DNA from: an uncultured Verrucomicrobiota bacterium
GTDB taxonomy: Bacteria > Verrucomicrobiota > Verrucomicrobiia > Limisphaerales > UBA9464
Direction of reading: 5' to 3'
Assembly: GCA_903907995.1 (NCBI GenBank)
Contig: CAIVQH010000002.1
Coordinates: forward strand, 75,286 to 139,285
Length of the DNA: 64,000 bases
The translations under genes and the position numbers were made by a program. Below, in pieces: positions 54,801 to 64,000 of this stretch (position 1 is the first letter of the stretch; each line of letters starts with the position of its first letter). Under the pieces are notes generated by a model. That model was not told where the DNA came from. It was given only the letters and a program-made list of their open reading frames with translations, and did no database searches.

Positions 54801-56056
54801 GGCTTGAGGCCGTTGATGAACGCCATCTCCAAGTCGCCCTTGTTCTTGCAGGCGATGCTGCCGCGCGGCTCGAACTCCACCTGGTCGCGGACCCGTTTCA
54901 GGAATTCGGCCGAGGCATTGATTCGCCCGCCGACGCTGGCGGTCTCGATTCGGGCGGCCGTGTTCACGGTGTCGCCCCAGACGTCGTAGACGAACTTGCG
55001 GACGCCGACGACACCGGCGACCAGCGGGCCGGAATGGAGTCCGATGCGGATGTCCCAGTACGGCTTGCCCTCGGCGGTCATCTTGGTATGCCGTTCGCGG
55101 ATATAGTCGCGGATTTCGATCGCCGCATTCAGCAGGCGCAGGGCGTCATCCGGCTGGGGATTGTTCAGCCCCGTGGCGCACATGTAGGCGTCGCCCACGG
55201 TTTTGAGCTTTTCGACCCCGTGGCGCATGGCGACCCAATCGAAATGGCAGAAGCACTCGTTCAATTCGGACACCAGTTCGTCGGCCGTGATCTGGTTCGT
55301 TACGAGGGTGAAACCGGTGAAATCGGCGAACAGGATCGCGATGTCCTCGTGTTTCACCGGGCGCACGCTGCCGTGGGCCTGCAATTCATCGGCGATGTTC
55401 GAGGGCAGCACATGGCGCAGCAGCTCGTCGGCCCGGCCCTTTGCGGTCTCCAGGTCCGCCATGGTGTGGGCCAGCTGGCGCTGGCTCTCGGCCAGTTCCT
55501 CCTGGGCCCGCAAGGCCCGGTGCTGCCACTGGATGGTCGCCATCAGCTCCATCTCGTGCTCCACGAGGATGGCCAGCTGGTGGAGCATCTCGATCTCCCG
55601 CCCGTTGAAGGTCCGCGGCTTGTGGTCGATGACGCACAGCGAGCCGATCTTGAAGCCGTTCGCCCGCAGGGGCCGCCCGGCGTAAAAGCGCACGAAGGGG
55701 TCGTTGACGACCAGCGGGCTGCTGGCGAAGCGCATGTCCCGCCGGGCATCGGGGATCACCAGCACCTGATCCTGCATGATGGCGTGCGCGCAGAAGGAGA
55801 TGTTGCGCGGGGTCTCGGTCATGTCCATGCCCACCTTGGACTTGAACCACTGCCGATCCTTGTCCACGAGTGACACCGTGGCCATCGGGGCGTCGAAAAT
55901 CTGGGCCGTCAGGCGGACAATCCGGTCAAACCGCTCGTCCGGCGGCGTATCCAGCAGGCTCAAATGTCGCAATGCCTCGAGCCGCTCGGTTTCGTCCGAG
56001 GGGACCTGGGGGGCCAGATAACGGGCCTCCAAATTGCACATCATGCTGTTGTCCAT
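54797..56056 (-). CDS. GAF-domain class III adenylate/guanylate cyclase
   Basis: N-terminal GAF (ERLEALRHLSLLDTPPDERFDRIVRLTAQIF..), a coiled coil, and a cyclase domain (ILFADFTGFT..KTVGDAYM..IRIGLHSGPLVAGVVG..DVWGDTVNTAARIE). Confidence 0.85.
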   Translation of the reverse strand: MDNSMMCNLEARYLAPQVPSDETERLEALRHLSLLDTPPDERFDRIVRLTAQIFDAPMATVSLVDKDRQWFKSKVGMDMTETPRNISFCAHAIMQDQVLVIPDARRDMRFASSPLVVNDPFVRFYAGRPLRANGFKIGSLCVIDHKPRTFNGREIEMLHQLAILVEHEMELMATIQWQHRALRAQEELAESQRQLAHTMADLETAKGRADELLRHVLPSNIADELQAHGSVRPVKHEDIAILFADFTGFTLVTNQITADELVSELNECFCHFDWVAMRHGVEKLKTVGDAYMCATGLNNPQPDDALRLLNAAIEIRDYIRERHTKMTAEGKPYWDIRIGLHSGPLVAGVVGVRKFVYDVWGDTVNTAARIETASVGGRINASAEFLKRVRDQVEFEPRGSIACKNKGDLEMAFINGLKP

Positions 56057-56114
56057 GCGCTTGAATCATTCAACGGGACGGATTGGTCAATGACAAGCTT
56101 GGGCTGCGCGGTGT

Positions 56115-56924
56115 TCAGAGGAAGGTATGCCCTTCAAAGATGAAGGTCGCCGGACCGGTCAGCCGCACGTCGGTGAACTGTCCGTCCCGTTCGGTGAAGC
56201 TGACCTCCAGCTCGTCGCCGCCCTGCACCTGCACCCGAACGGGCGAGGTAAATCCGTGAACACGACTGCTGATCAGTGCGCTGGCGGTCACGCCGGTGCC
56301 GCAGGCCAGGGTCTCGCCTTCGACCCCGCGCTCGTAGGTACGGACGCGGATGAAGTTCGGCCCGAGAAGCTGGACGAAGTTAACGTTGGTGCCACGAGGC
56401 TTGAAATGGGCATGCCAGCGCAGTTCGGCCCCGAGCTGCTGCACCATCGCCTGGTCGGCGTCGGGCACATAGACAATCGCGTGGGGAACCCCGGTGTTGA
56501 GCGAATGAACCACCAGATCCCCGGCGCTGGTGTTTACCTTGTCGCCCAACCGCAAGCTGTGGGGGGCGGTGAGGTTCACAGTCACGCGCTCGCCCTGGAA
56601 GGTCGCGGTGATCACGCCGGCAACGGTCTCGAAGGTGGTCTGGGTACCCGCCCCGGCGACGCGCTGGATGTAGCGGGCAAAGCAGCGGGCGCCGTTGCCG
56701 CACATTTCGGCGTCGGAACCGTCAGAATTCCAGAACTGCCAGGCCCACTCGGCCTTTCCGGAAGTGCAGGGGACCAGTAGCATGAGGCCGTCCGCGCCGA
56801 TGCCAAACTGGCGGTGGCAGAGCCGGGCGACCTGTTCGCGGGTCAGCTGAAGCCGGCCATCCCGGTTGTCGCCGAGGATGAAATCGTTTCCCGCCCCGGA
56901 CATCTTCACGAAATCAAAATGCAT
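56115..56924 (-). CDS. dapF: Diaminopimelate epimerase
   Basis: FVKMSGAGNDFIL, NSDGSDAEMCGNGARC and GETLACGTG catalytic Cys motifs. Confidence 0.9.
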   Translation of the reverse strand: MHFDFVKMSGAGNDFILGDNRDGRLQLTREQVARLCHRQFGIGADGLMLLVPCTSGKAEWAWQFWNSDGSDAEMCGNGARCFARYIQRVAGAGTQTTFETVAGVITATFQGERVTVNLTAPHSLRLGDKVNTSAGDLVVHSLNTGVPHAIVYVPDADQAMVQQLGAELRWHAHFKPRGTNVNFVQLLGPNFIRVRTYERGVEGETLACGTGVTASALISSRVHGFTSPVRVQVQGGDELEVSFTERDGQFTDVRLTGPATFIFEGHTFL

Positions 56925-57025
56925 GGAGGCGGAGACTAATGCTCAGCGCGCGGGAGACAAGTCCGGGCGAGGACGATGGGTGCGGAACGGAGAATGAGGG
57001 AGTCTGCTTGAGAAGTTGGGGATTT

Positions 57026-57071
57026 CTCCTGCTCCTGCCTTCACTTCCCGGAGCAAGAGCAGGAGCAGGAG
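57026..57071. repeat. 13-bp perfect inverted repeat of simple sequence in a divergent intergenic region
   Basis: ctcctgctcctgc (57026-57038) pairs with gcaggagcaggag (57059-57071). The adjacent gagcaagagcagga also occurs in the 11660-11683 arm. Confidence 0.85.
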
Positions 57072-57215
57072 CAAGTGGCCAAAACGCGGGTTCCACGTCT
57101 GCGCAAGGGAGCCGATTTGGCTGAAAATGACCGGCACCTCATTTACACATCCTGACAAGCCGCGCTTGCCAAAGCGCCTTCGCTGCCTAGTCTTCCGCCT
57201 CCTTTGTCACAAAAC

Positions 57216-57557
57216 ATGTTGTCTGTTCCTTATTGTCTGTTGGCCATGGGCGGAGCACCCGCCGGTTCTTCTCCCGAAGAGCAGAAGAAAGCCATGCTGA
57301 TGAACCTCGGCATGGTGGTCTTCATGGTCGTCATCTTCTACGTCATGCTGATCCGCCCGCAGCAAACCCAGGCGAAGAAGCAGAAGGCGCTGATTGCCGG
57401 CCTGAAGAAGAACGACAAGGTGGTAACCTCCTCCGGCATCATTGGCATCGTCACCAGCGTCGCCGAAGAATCGGTGACGATCCGCTCCGCCGACACCAAG
57501 CTTGAAATTCAGAAGAGCGCCATCACCTCGGTGACCGCCGCCGGCTCCGAATCCTAA
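57216..57557 (+). CDS. yajC: Preprotein translocase subunit YajC
   Basis: MVVFMVVIFYVMLIRPQQTQAKKQKALIAGLKKNDKVVTSSGIIGIV. ATG at 57216; the track start 57204 is TTG. Confidence 0.85.
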   Translation: MLSVPYCLLAMGGAPAGSSPEEQKKAMLMNLGMVVFMVVIFYVMLIRPQQTQAKKQKALIAGLKKNDKVVTSSGIIGIVTSVAEESVTIRSADTKLEIQKSAITSVTAAGSES

Positions 57558-57599
57558 TCCAACCGCGCCGGACCTGCCAGCCGCGCCCCCCTTCCGCCC

Positions 57600-60182
57600 A
57601 TGAATCGCAGTTATCTGTTGAAGCTCGCCTTCGTCGTCTTCGTTGTCTTCTGGTCCGTCACCGAAATCTGGCCGCCCCAGGCGACCAATCTGGTGAAGAA
57701 GTTCGATGAACTGGCCATCAACATCGACACCAACACCTACAAGGGCATCTACGACCGGGCCCAGGCCTTGGAGGCGCAATTCCCCAAGCGCAGCTATTCG
57801 AATCTCCTCGCGGCGATCGGCACGAACGACATCCGCCGCTATTTTCCGACGAATTTCGTCAAGCTCAGCGGTGAGCGGAATCCGACGCGAGCCATCCTGA
57901 ACGGCGTCCAGCGCGAGGCGGCGGGCAAGTTCAAGCTGGGTCTCGACCTGCAGGGCGGCACGGCCTTCCTGCTGGAGATGGACACGAGCAAGCTGGGCAC
58001 GAATAACATCACCCGGAGCATGGGACAGTCCTATCTGGTGGATCAGGCGGTCTCCGTCATCCGCCGCCGCGTGGATGCGTATGGCGTGGCCGAGCCGATC
58101 ATCCAGCCGGCCGGTGAGAATCGCATCCTGGTGCAGCTGCCGGGCCTTTCCGAGGCGGACAAGATTGCGGCGAAGGAAGGCATCCAGAAGGCCGCCTTCC
58201 TGGAGTTCCGCATCGTGGATCCCGACATGCAGGAGCACATGCAGACCGGGCTCATCCCGCCGGGCTTCGAGGTGCGGCAGGAGAAACTGCGAGCCCGGGA
58301 CGGTAGCGGGGCTGAGAGTTACGTGCCAATCATCGTTCGCAAGACGCCGGAGCATGGGCTGACTGGCAAATACGTTTCCGGCGCCCACGTGAGCCGTGAC
58401 CAGCTGACCGGCCGTCCGGAAATCGCCTTCACGATGAACTCCGAGGGCGCGGAAATCTTTGCCGAGGTCACCCGCCAGAATGTCGGGCAGCGCCTGGCGA
58501 TCATTCTGGATGGCGAGGTCGTTTCCGCCCCGAACATCAACGGCCCGATTCCCGGTGGCAGCGGCCAGATCACCGGTGACTTCACCGAGAAGGAGGCCTT
58601 CGATCTCGCCACCTCGCTGGAGAATCCGCTCCAGACCCCTCTCCGGATCATCGAGGAACGCAGCGTGGACCCGACGCTGGGTGACGATACCATCAAAAGT
58701 GGTATCCGGGCCTCACTGTTCGGCACAATCGCGGTCGCGCTGTTCATGGCGGTGTACTACCTGCGCGCCGGTCTCGTGGCGAACGTGGCGCTGCTCACGA
58801 ACATCATCGTGCTGCTCGGCATCATGTGCTCGTTGAACGTGACCTTCACACTGCCGGGCATCGCGGGCATCGTCCTCACCGTCGGTATGGCGGTGGATGC
58901 CAACGTGCTGATCTATGAGCGCATCCGTGAAGAGCTGGCCAAGGGCAAATCCATGCGCGGCGCCCTTTCGGCCGGCTATGACCGTGCCTTCGCGACCATC
59001 TTCGACTCGCACATCACGACGCTGATCTCGTCCGTGATTCTCATCGCGCTCGGCACGGGTGCGATCAAGGGCTTCGGTGTCTCGCTGACGATCGGTGTCG
59101 CCGTGAGCTTGTTCACGGCGCTCGTGGTGACCCGGCTGATCTTTGACTTCCTGCTCTCCCGCGGCCTGCTGAAGACGCTGCCCATGCTCCACCTGATCAC
59201 GGCGTCGAACCTCGACTTCATGAAGCTGGCCAAGACGGCCTTCATCCTTTCGTGGACCATCATCCTCGTTGGCATCGGCTATGGTGTCTTCGTGCGCGGA
59301 TCGAACATGATGGGCATCGAGTTCGCCGGCGGCGAGAGCTACACCTACGCCTTTGATCAGAAGGTGGGTGTGGACAAGGTCCGGGCGGCCATCACCGAGC
59401 TGAAGCTGGGTGAGCCGCAGGTCAGCTATCAGCGCGATTTTGGCAGCGGCAAGGAATCCCTGCGTGTCGCCGTCGGCGTGGATCAGGAGGCGATCAAGAA
59501 TCACACTCCCAGCACGCATTCGGAAAAGGTCGATGCCAAGCTGAAGCAGACCTTTCCAGACGCGAAATTCAACCGCCTCTCGACCGAGCAGGTCGGTCCG
59601 ACCGTTGGCGAAGAGATTCAGAAATCGGCCATCATCGCGTCATTGCTGTCGCTGTTTGGCATCCTGGTCTATGTCGCCTTCCGCTATGAGTTCAGCTTCG
59701 CGGTCGGGGCCGTCATCGCCGTCATTCACGATGTGCTGATGACCATCGGCTGCTACTGCCTTACCGGGCTGTTCAGCGAGGGACGCCAGTTCAATGCCAC
59801 GTTCGTCGCCGGTTTGCTGACCATCATCGGCTTCTCCATCAACGACACCATCGTGATCTTCGACCGGATCCGTGAAGACCTGAAACTGGGTGTTCCGGGC
59901 ACCTTCCAGCAGCTGGTGAACAAGGCGCTGAATCAGACCCTGAGCCGTACGATTATCACCTCCGGCACCGTCTTCTTGGCGACGATGTCGCTCTACCTGT
60001 TCGGCGGCGGCCCGATCAACGACTTCGCCTTCACGTTCCTCGTCGGCATCATCACCGGCACCTACTCGTCGATCTACATCGCGAGCGCGCTGGTGCTGTG
60101 GTGGCACAAGGGCCAGCGCCCGGCCATCGGCATGCACGTGGTCGCGAATACAAACTCGGACGAGTCGGCGATCAAGGCCTGA
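57600..60182 (+). CDS. secDF: Fused protein-export membrane protein SecDF
   Basis: 860 aa. SecD region (LGLDLQGG.., GQRLAIILDGEVVSAPNI) followed by a SecF region (..GIEFAGG.., FDRIRE). 12-TM RND-like layout. Confidence 0.9.
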   Translation: MNRSYLLKLAFVVFVVFWSVTEIWPPQATNLVKKFDELAINIDTNTYKGIYDRAQALEAQFPKRSYSNLLAAIGTNDIRRYFPTNFVKLSGERNPTRAILNGVQREAAGKFKLGLDLQGGTAFLLEMDTSKLGTNNITRSMGQSYLVDQAVSVIRRRVDAYGVAEPIIQPAGENRILVQLPGLSEADKIAAKEGIQKAAFLEFRIVDPDMQEHMQTGLIPPGFEVRQEKLRARDGSGAESYVPIIVRKTPEHGLTGKYVSGAHVSRDQLTGRPEIAFTMNSEGAEIFAEVTRQNVGQRLAIILDGEVVSAPNINGPIPGGSGQITGDFTEKEAFDLATSLENPLQTPLRIIEERSVDPTLGDDTIKSGIRASLFGTIAVALFMAVYYLRAGLVANVALLTNIIVLLGIMCSLNVTFTLPGIAGIVLTVGMAVDANVLIYERIREELAKGKSMRGALSAGYDRAFATIFDSHITTLISSVILIALGTGAIKGFGVSLTIGVAVSLFTALVVTRLIFDFLLSRGLLKTLPMLHLITASNLDFMKLAKTAFILSWTIILVGIGYGVFVRGSNMMGIEFAGGESYTYAFDQKVGVDKVRAAITELKLGEPQVSYQRDFGSGKESLRVAVGVDQEAIKNHTPSTHSEKVDAKLKQTFPDAKFNRLSTEQVGPTVGEEIQKSAIIASLLSLFGILVYVAFRYEFSFAVGAVIAVIHDVLMTIGCYCLTGLFSEGRQFNATFVAGLLTIIGFSINDTIVIFDRIREDLKLGVPGTFQQLVNKALNQTLSRTIITSGTVFLATMSLYLFGGGPINDFAFTFLVGIITGTYSSIYIASALVLWWHKGQRPAIGMHVVANTNSDESAIKA

Positions 60183-60230
60183 GCCGCCTGTGTGCTGGTG
60201 CGCCGCCGAATCGCGGCGCACCTTTCGCCC

Positions 60231-61079
60231 ATGAGCGATCAGCCCACGGCGCCAACCAGCAACGAACCGGGCGACGGAGCGCGTGCGATTTTCTCGCGCC
60301 TGTTCCGGGTTGAGCGGTTTCGCTTCGAGTTCGGCATGCGCCGTGGCGATGCCCGCTGGTTTCTCCCCGCTACGCCGGATGCTCCCGTGATGGCCGCCCG
60401 CCGCCATTGGCTTTCCGTGGCGGAGGACGATTGCCTCATTTGGCAACCCGAGGCCGCTCCGCTTTTGCGCGAGACCCAATCACTCGTCGGCTTGGACTTG
60501 GAAGCGGCGGATGGGCGCGCTGGCCTTTCGGCCTTGGCCGCCCGATGGGAGCCAGATTTTCTGCTGCTCAAAGCCGATGCCGGCGGTGAAGTCCGGCTGC
60601 TGGGAGGTGCGGTCTGCTTTCCCTCGTCCTGGAGTCCGGCCGAAAAACTGGGGTGCACGGTCGATGAAATCCATTCCCCGGTGCCGACCGTGAACGACGA
60701 ATTGGGGGCGCGCATCCGCACCTTTCTGACCCGGCTTCCGCCCGGCAGTGTGTTCGAACGAGAAAACTGGGGGCTGGCTGCCGTGCCGGAGCTGAACATG
60801 CATCCGCATCGGAGATTGCCCCGGCTCACGGCCGATACGCCCTTGGAGCGGGTCACGTTGCGGCTCGAGGAACAGGCATTCTGCGCCTTGCCGCAATCCG
60901 GCGGCGTGCTGTTCCTGATCCGGCTGACGGTGCATCCGCTGGTGGCCTTACTGGCCGATACGGAAATCCGCGCCGGCTTTGTCCGCCAGCTCGCGACGAT
61001 GCCGGAAGAGATCGCGGCCTATAAGGGGATTGCCGGTGCTCGATCCAGTCTGCTGGAGCAGATCGGGAGGCTTACATGA
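60231..61079 (+). CDS. DUF3445-family protein (heme-dependent oxidative N-demethylase-like)
   Basis: ATG at 60231. GGAVCFPSSWSPAEKLGCTVDEIHSPVP matches my memory of the DUF3445 core motif. Confidence 0.65.
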   Translation: MSDQPTAPTSNEPGDGARAIFSRLFRVERFRFEFGMRRGDARWFLPATPDAPVMAARRHWLSVAEDDCLIWQPEAAPLLRETQSLVGLDLEAADGRAGLSALAARWEPDFLLLKADAGGEVRLLGGAVCFPSSWSPAEKLGCTVDEIHSPVPTVNDELGARIRTFLTRLPPGSVFERENWGLAAVPELNMHPHRRLPRLTADTPLERVTLRLEEQAFCALPQSGGVLFLIRLTVHPLVALLADTEIRAGFVRQLATMPEEIAAYKGIAGARSSLLEQIGRLT

Positions 61080-61150
61080 CATGCCTTTGCAGTCTTGCCT
61101 TGCTGTGCCGCACCGGAGCCGCTGTCCTAGCGCAAACCTGATCCGGCGAT

Positions 61151-62350
61151 ATGAATGAGACCATCTCCCGTCGTGAAGCGCTCATGGGGCTGGCCGCACT
61201 GACAGCGGTACCGCTGACCGGCTGCGCGGGCTACCACACCGAGATCACCGGAAGCCTCGTCAACGATTACCACGCCACCGCCTATAATGACACTTTGCGC
61301 ATGAACATTGACCGGATTCCCTTTGGCACACTGCCGGACGGCTCACCCGTCGGCCTTTTCGTCCTGAAAAACCAGCGGGGAACGACGCTGAAAGTCACCA
61401 ACTACGGACTCATCATCACCGAACTGCACACCGCCGACCGCAATGGCCAGTTCGGCAACGTGGTGTTGGGATTCGACAACCTGCCGCGCTACTTGGCGGG
61501 GCATCCGTTTTTCGGGGCCATCGCGGGACGGGTGGCCAACCGCATCGCGGCGGGCCGTTTCACCCTGGATGGGAAGACCTACCAACTGGCGATCAACAAC
61601 GGCCCCAACCATCTGCACGGCGGCACAGTCGGATTCGACAAGAAGCTCTGGCGGGCGGTGGGCGGCGAGATCAAACCCGAGTTCGCCACCATGCTCTTCG
61701 CCTACGAAAGCCCGGATGGCGAGGAGAACTACCCCGGCAAGCTGAGCGTGGAGGTGGAATACACCCTCACCCAGAATGACGAGGTGCGGATCACCTATCG
61801 CGCCACGACGGACAAGGCGACGCCCGTCAATCTGACCAACCACAGCTACTTCAACCTGGCTGGTCACGGCGACATCAAGGCGCACGAGCTGCAGCTGACC
61901 GCCGACCGTTATACGCTGACGGACGGGGGGCTGATTCCAACTGGCGAGCTGGCCAGAGTGGTGGGCACGGCGATGGATTTTACGTCGCCCCACGCCATTG
62001 GCGAGCGCATCGAGCAGACCGGTCTCAAGCCCACGGGCTACGATCACAATTTTGTGCTCAACAGCGGCGGACGATCACTCGCCCTGGCGGCGAAAGTAGT
62101 CGAGCCGACCACGGGGCGCATCCTGGAGGTGCTTACCGACCAGCCCGGCGTGCAGCTCTACACGGCGAATTTTTTACCGCCGGACGGCATCGAATGCACG
62201 GGTGGAGTCAAGTTCTCGCGCCACGGCGCGTTTTGCCTTGAGACGCAGAACTTTCCCGACGCGATCAACCACCCCGGCTTCCCGAACGCGGTCCTGCGTC
62301 CCGGCGAAACCTACCGGCACACGACTGTCTTGCGATTCAGCGCGCACTGA
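61151..62350 (+). CDS. galM: Aldose 1-epimerase (galactose mutarotase), exported/lipoprotein form
   Basis: Tat/lipobox-like N-terminus MNETISRREALMGLAALTAVPLTGC. GAIAGRVANRIA, NNGPNHLHGG, TNHSYFNL and FCLETQNFPDA motifs. Confidence 0.85.
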   Translation: MNETISRREALMGLAALTAVPLTGCAGYHTEITGSLVNDYHATAYNDTLRMNIDRIPFGTLPDGSPVGLFVLKNQRGTTLKVTNYGLIITELHTADRNGQFGNVVLGFDNLPRYLAGHPFFGAIAGRVANRIAAGRFTLDGKTYQLAINNGPNHLHGGTVGFDKKLWRAVGGEIKPEFATMLFAYESPDGEENYPGKLSVEVEYTLTQNDEVRITYRATTDKATPVNLTNHSYFNLAGHGDIKAHELQLTADRYTLTDGGLIPTGELARVVGTAMDFTSPHAIGERIEQTGLKPTGYDHNFVLNSGGRSLALAAKVVEPTTGRILEVLTDQPGVQLYTANFLPPDGIECTGGVKFSRHGAFCLETQNFPDAINHPGFPNAVLRPGETYRHTTVLRFSAH

Positions 62351-62367
62351 GCGCGACGCAGGAATTC

Positions 62368-62452
62368 ACGATTTACGATATACGATTTACGAACTGAAGC
62401 GGCGGTCGATGCGCCTTAAAATTCGTAAATCGTAAATCCGAAATCGTAAATC
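62368..62452. repeat. Long imperfect palindrome built from cgatttacg units between convergent genes
   Basis: acgatttacgaa (62381-62392) pairs with ttcgtaaatcgt (62421-62432), and cgatttacgat (62368-62378) pairs with atcgtaaatcg (62442-62452). Confidence 0.85.
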
Positions 62453-62457
62453 GCTCC

Positions 62458-63438
62458 TCAGTCCAACCCGCACGCGACCTTGGCCCGGGCGAGCGTCTTT
62501 TGCGCGATCGCCCGGGCACGGACGGCTCCTTCGTTGAGCACCTGGTTCACGTAGTCGAGATTTGCGGCCAGCTCGGCGCGTCGGGCGCGGGCAGGGGCGA
62601 AGTAGGTCCAGTAGTGCTCGAACAGCGCTTTCTTCAGGTCGCCGTAGCCGAGGCCGCCGGCCCGGAGCCGGTTCTCGTAGTCGGTGGCCACCTCGGCCGG
62701 CGCGACGAGCTTGAGCAGTTGGATCGCGAGGTTCTTGTCCGCATCGGGCTTGGGCTCGGCAGGTGTGCGCGAGTCCATGACAATGCCCATGATCTTCTTC
62801 CGCGTGGCCTTTTCCTCGCCGAACAGCTCGATCGTGTTGCCGTAGCTCTTGCTCATCTTCTGCCCGTCGAGGCCGGGCACGATGGCGACGGATTCCTGGA
62901 TGCGCGGCTCGGGGACGACGAAGGTGTCACCGAAGACATGGTTGAACTTCATCGCGATGTCGCGGGTGACTTCGAGGTGCTGCTTCTGGTCCTTGCCGAC
63001 GGGCACGATGTTCGTGTCGTAGAGCAGGATGTCGGCGGCCATGAGCACGGGGTAGGCGAAGATCCCGTGGTTCACCGCGCCGGCATCGCCATCGGCGAGT
63101 TTGGCCACCTTGTCCTTGTAGCTGTGGCAGCGTTCGAGGAGCCCCATGGGGGTGAGGGTCGTGAGCATCCAGGCGAGTTCCGTGTGCTCCGGCGTGTCGG
63201 ACTGCTTCCAAAAGACGCAACGCTTCGGATCCAGGCCGCACGCGAGAAAATCCAGGGCGACGTCCAGGGTGTACTGCCGGCGCAGCCTGGGGTCGGTCAG
63301 GGATGTCATCGAATGGTAGTTTGCGATGAAGTAGAACGCCTCGCCCTCGTTCTGGAGCCGGATGGCGGGAAGCATCGCGCCGAAATAGTTGCCCAGATGC
63401 AGCGCGCCGCTCGGCTGGATGCCGGTGAGAATTCGCAT
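62458..63438 (-). CDS. trpS: Tryptophan--tRNA ligase
   Basis: MRILTGIQPSGALHLGNYFG (HIGH-type) and KMSKSYGN (KMSKS). Confidence 0.95.
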   Translation of the reverse strand: MRILTGIQPSGALHLGNYFGAMLPAIRLQNEGEAFYFIANYHSMTSLTDPRLRRQYTLDVALDFLACGLDPKRCVFWKQSDTPEHTELAWMLTTLTPMGLLERCHSYKDKVAKLADGDAGAVNHGIFAYPVLMAADILLYDTNIVPVGKDQKQHLEVTRDIAMKFNHVFGDTFVVPEPRIQESVAIVPGLDGQKMSKSYGNTIELFGEEKATRKKIMGIVMDSRTPAEPKPDADKNLAIQLLKLVAPAEVATDYENRLRAGGLGYGDLKKALFEHYWTYFAPARARRAELAANLDYVNQVLNEGAVRARAIAQKTLARAKVACGLD

Positions 63439-63533
63439 GCGCCGAGCGTAAGACGGAGAAGACCCGGGCGCGAAGGGCGAAGTGATGCCGATCGCGAACC
63501 GGCTGAGCAGCGCTGAAATGCCGGTTTCAATCT

Positions 63534-63569
63534 GGAAAACAGGAACGGATCTGTCTTTTCCTGTTTTCC
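63534..63569. repeat. 12-bp perfect inverted repeat of simple sequence
   Basis: ggaaaacaggaa (63534-63545) pairs with ttcctgttttcc (63558-63569). Confidence 0.85.
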
Positions 63570-63609
63570 TGCTTTCCGAATTAAATCTCCGGTCCGAATC
63601 GGCTCCGCG

Positions 63610-64000
63610 TTACCTGCGGTTCAGCCACGTCTCAACGTACGACCACACCTCGGCGAAGCCGAGGCAGGCGAGGTCGCCGCCGGGCGCGGTCAGCAGCTCA
63701 AAGCGGTCGCTTTTGGGCCGCCATACGGTCGCGTTGCTCGGCCCCCAGAGAACGATTCCCGGCAGGCCCACAGCGGCGGCCAAGTGCGAGATACCGGAAT
63801 CATGCCCGAGAAAGGCGGTGCAGCCGCGCAGACGCAGGGCCAGTTCGGGCAGGGGCAGGGAACGGGCGATGCTCACCCGCGACGGCGGCAGCGTTGCCGC
63901 GAGCCGTTGCAACCGGTCACCTTCGGCCTCCCCGCCGACCAGCAGAAAGTTGAGGTCGGTGGTGGCGGCGAGCTGTGGCAGCAGCGCAGCCCAGTTGGCT
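63610..64000 (-). CDS. Glycosyltransferase family 9 (heptosyltransferase-like), C-terminal part; the N-terminus lies beyond the window end
   Basis: The frame stays open to the window edge: ..NWAALLPQLAATTDLNFLLVGGEAEGDRL..CTAFLGHDSGISHLAAAVGLPGIVLWGPS. This is the GT9 C-terminal nucleotide-sugar-binding pattern. Confidence 0.75.
   Translation of the reverse strand, partial: ANWAALLPQLAATTDLNFLLVGGEAEGDRLQRLAATLPPSRVSIARSLPLPELALRLRGCTAFLGHDSGISHLAAAVGLPGIVLWGPSNATVWRPKSDRFELLTAPGGDLACLGFAEVWSYVETWLNRR

Overview
High-GC bacterial chromosomal segment: hand-counted 60-nt samples in core genes give about 60-72% G+C. I found about 50 protein genes and no rRNA, tRNA, CRISPR array or transposase. 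Several gene types suggest a Verrucomicrobiota/PVC-type (Opitutales-like) organism, by inference only: a PEP-CTERM protein, an H-X9-DG prepilin-like protein, a planctomycete-type cytochrome c domain, and a giant surface protein with autotransporter-associated beta-strand repeats. Left part: a truncated OmpR-type regulator, secreted and lipoproteins, a translationally coupled arsR-aquaporin-DUF6428-arsC operon, a CLC channel with fluoride-type signatures, and a czcC-czcA metal RND pump with no adaptor gene. Middle part: a PEP-CTERM protein plus a PstS-like binding protein. Next comes a two-partner secretion locus in which an AraC-type regulator is in the same uninterrupted frame as the TpsB pore. 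It is followed by a 1343-aa TpsA and, 26 nt later, exbB-exbD-tonB-exbD. The middle also holds a CxxC membrane protein / prepilin-like / His-rich secreted operon, a small class II-like cytochrome c, a 2087-aa surface protein and an OPT transporter. Right part: housekeeping genes (aspS, rpsO-pnp, dapF, yajC-secDF, trpS, galM). Mixed in are two low-GC single-gene patches, a COG0523 GTPase, a cupin, a PduO-type adenosyltransferase, a cytochrome c/Cu-monooxygenase-like/TPR protein and a GAF-cyclase/TPR/phosphoesterase operon. Most notable observations: the AraC-TpsB fusion frame; the TPS-Ton gene juxtaposition; an apparent homopolymer frameshift separating the giant protein from its signal peptide; a heptamer repeat inside the czcC signal-peptide codons; a PNPase with a duplicated S1 domain; and recurrent simple-sequence palindromes and tandem repeats in intergenic DNA. 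All functional calls rest on motif recognition by eye; no database search was possible.
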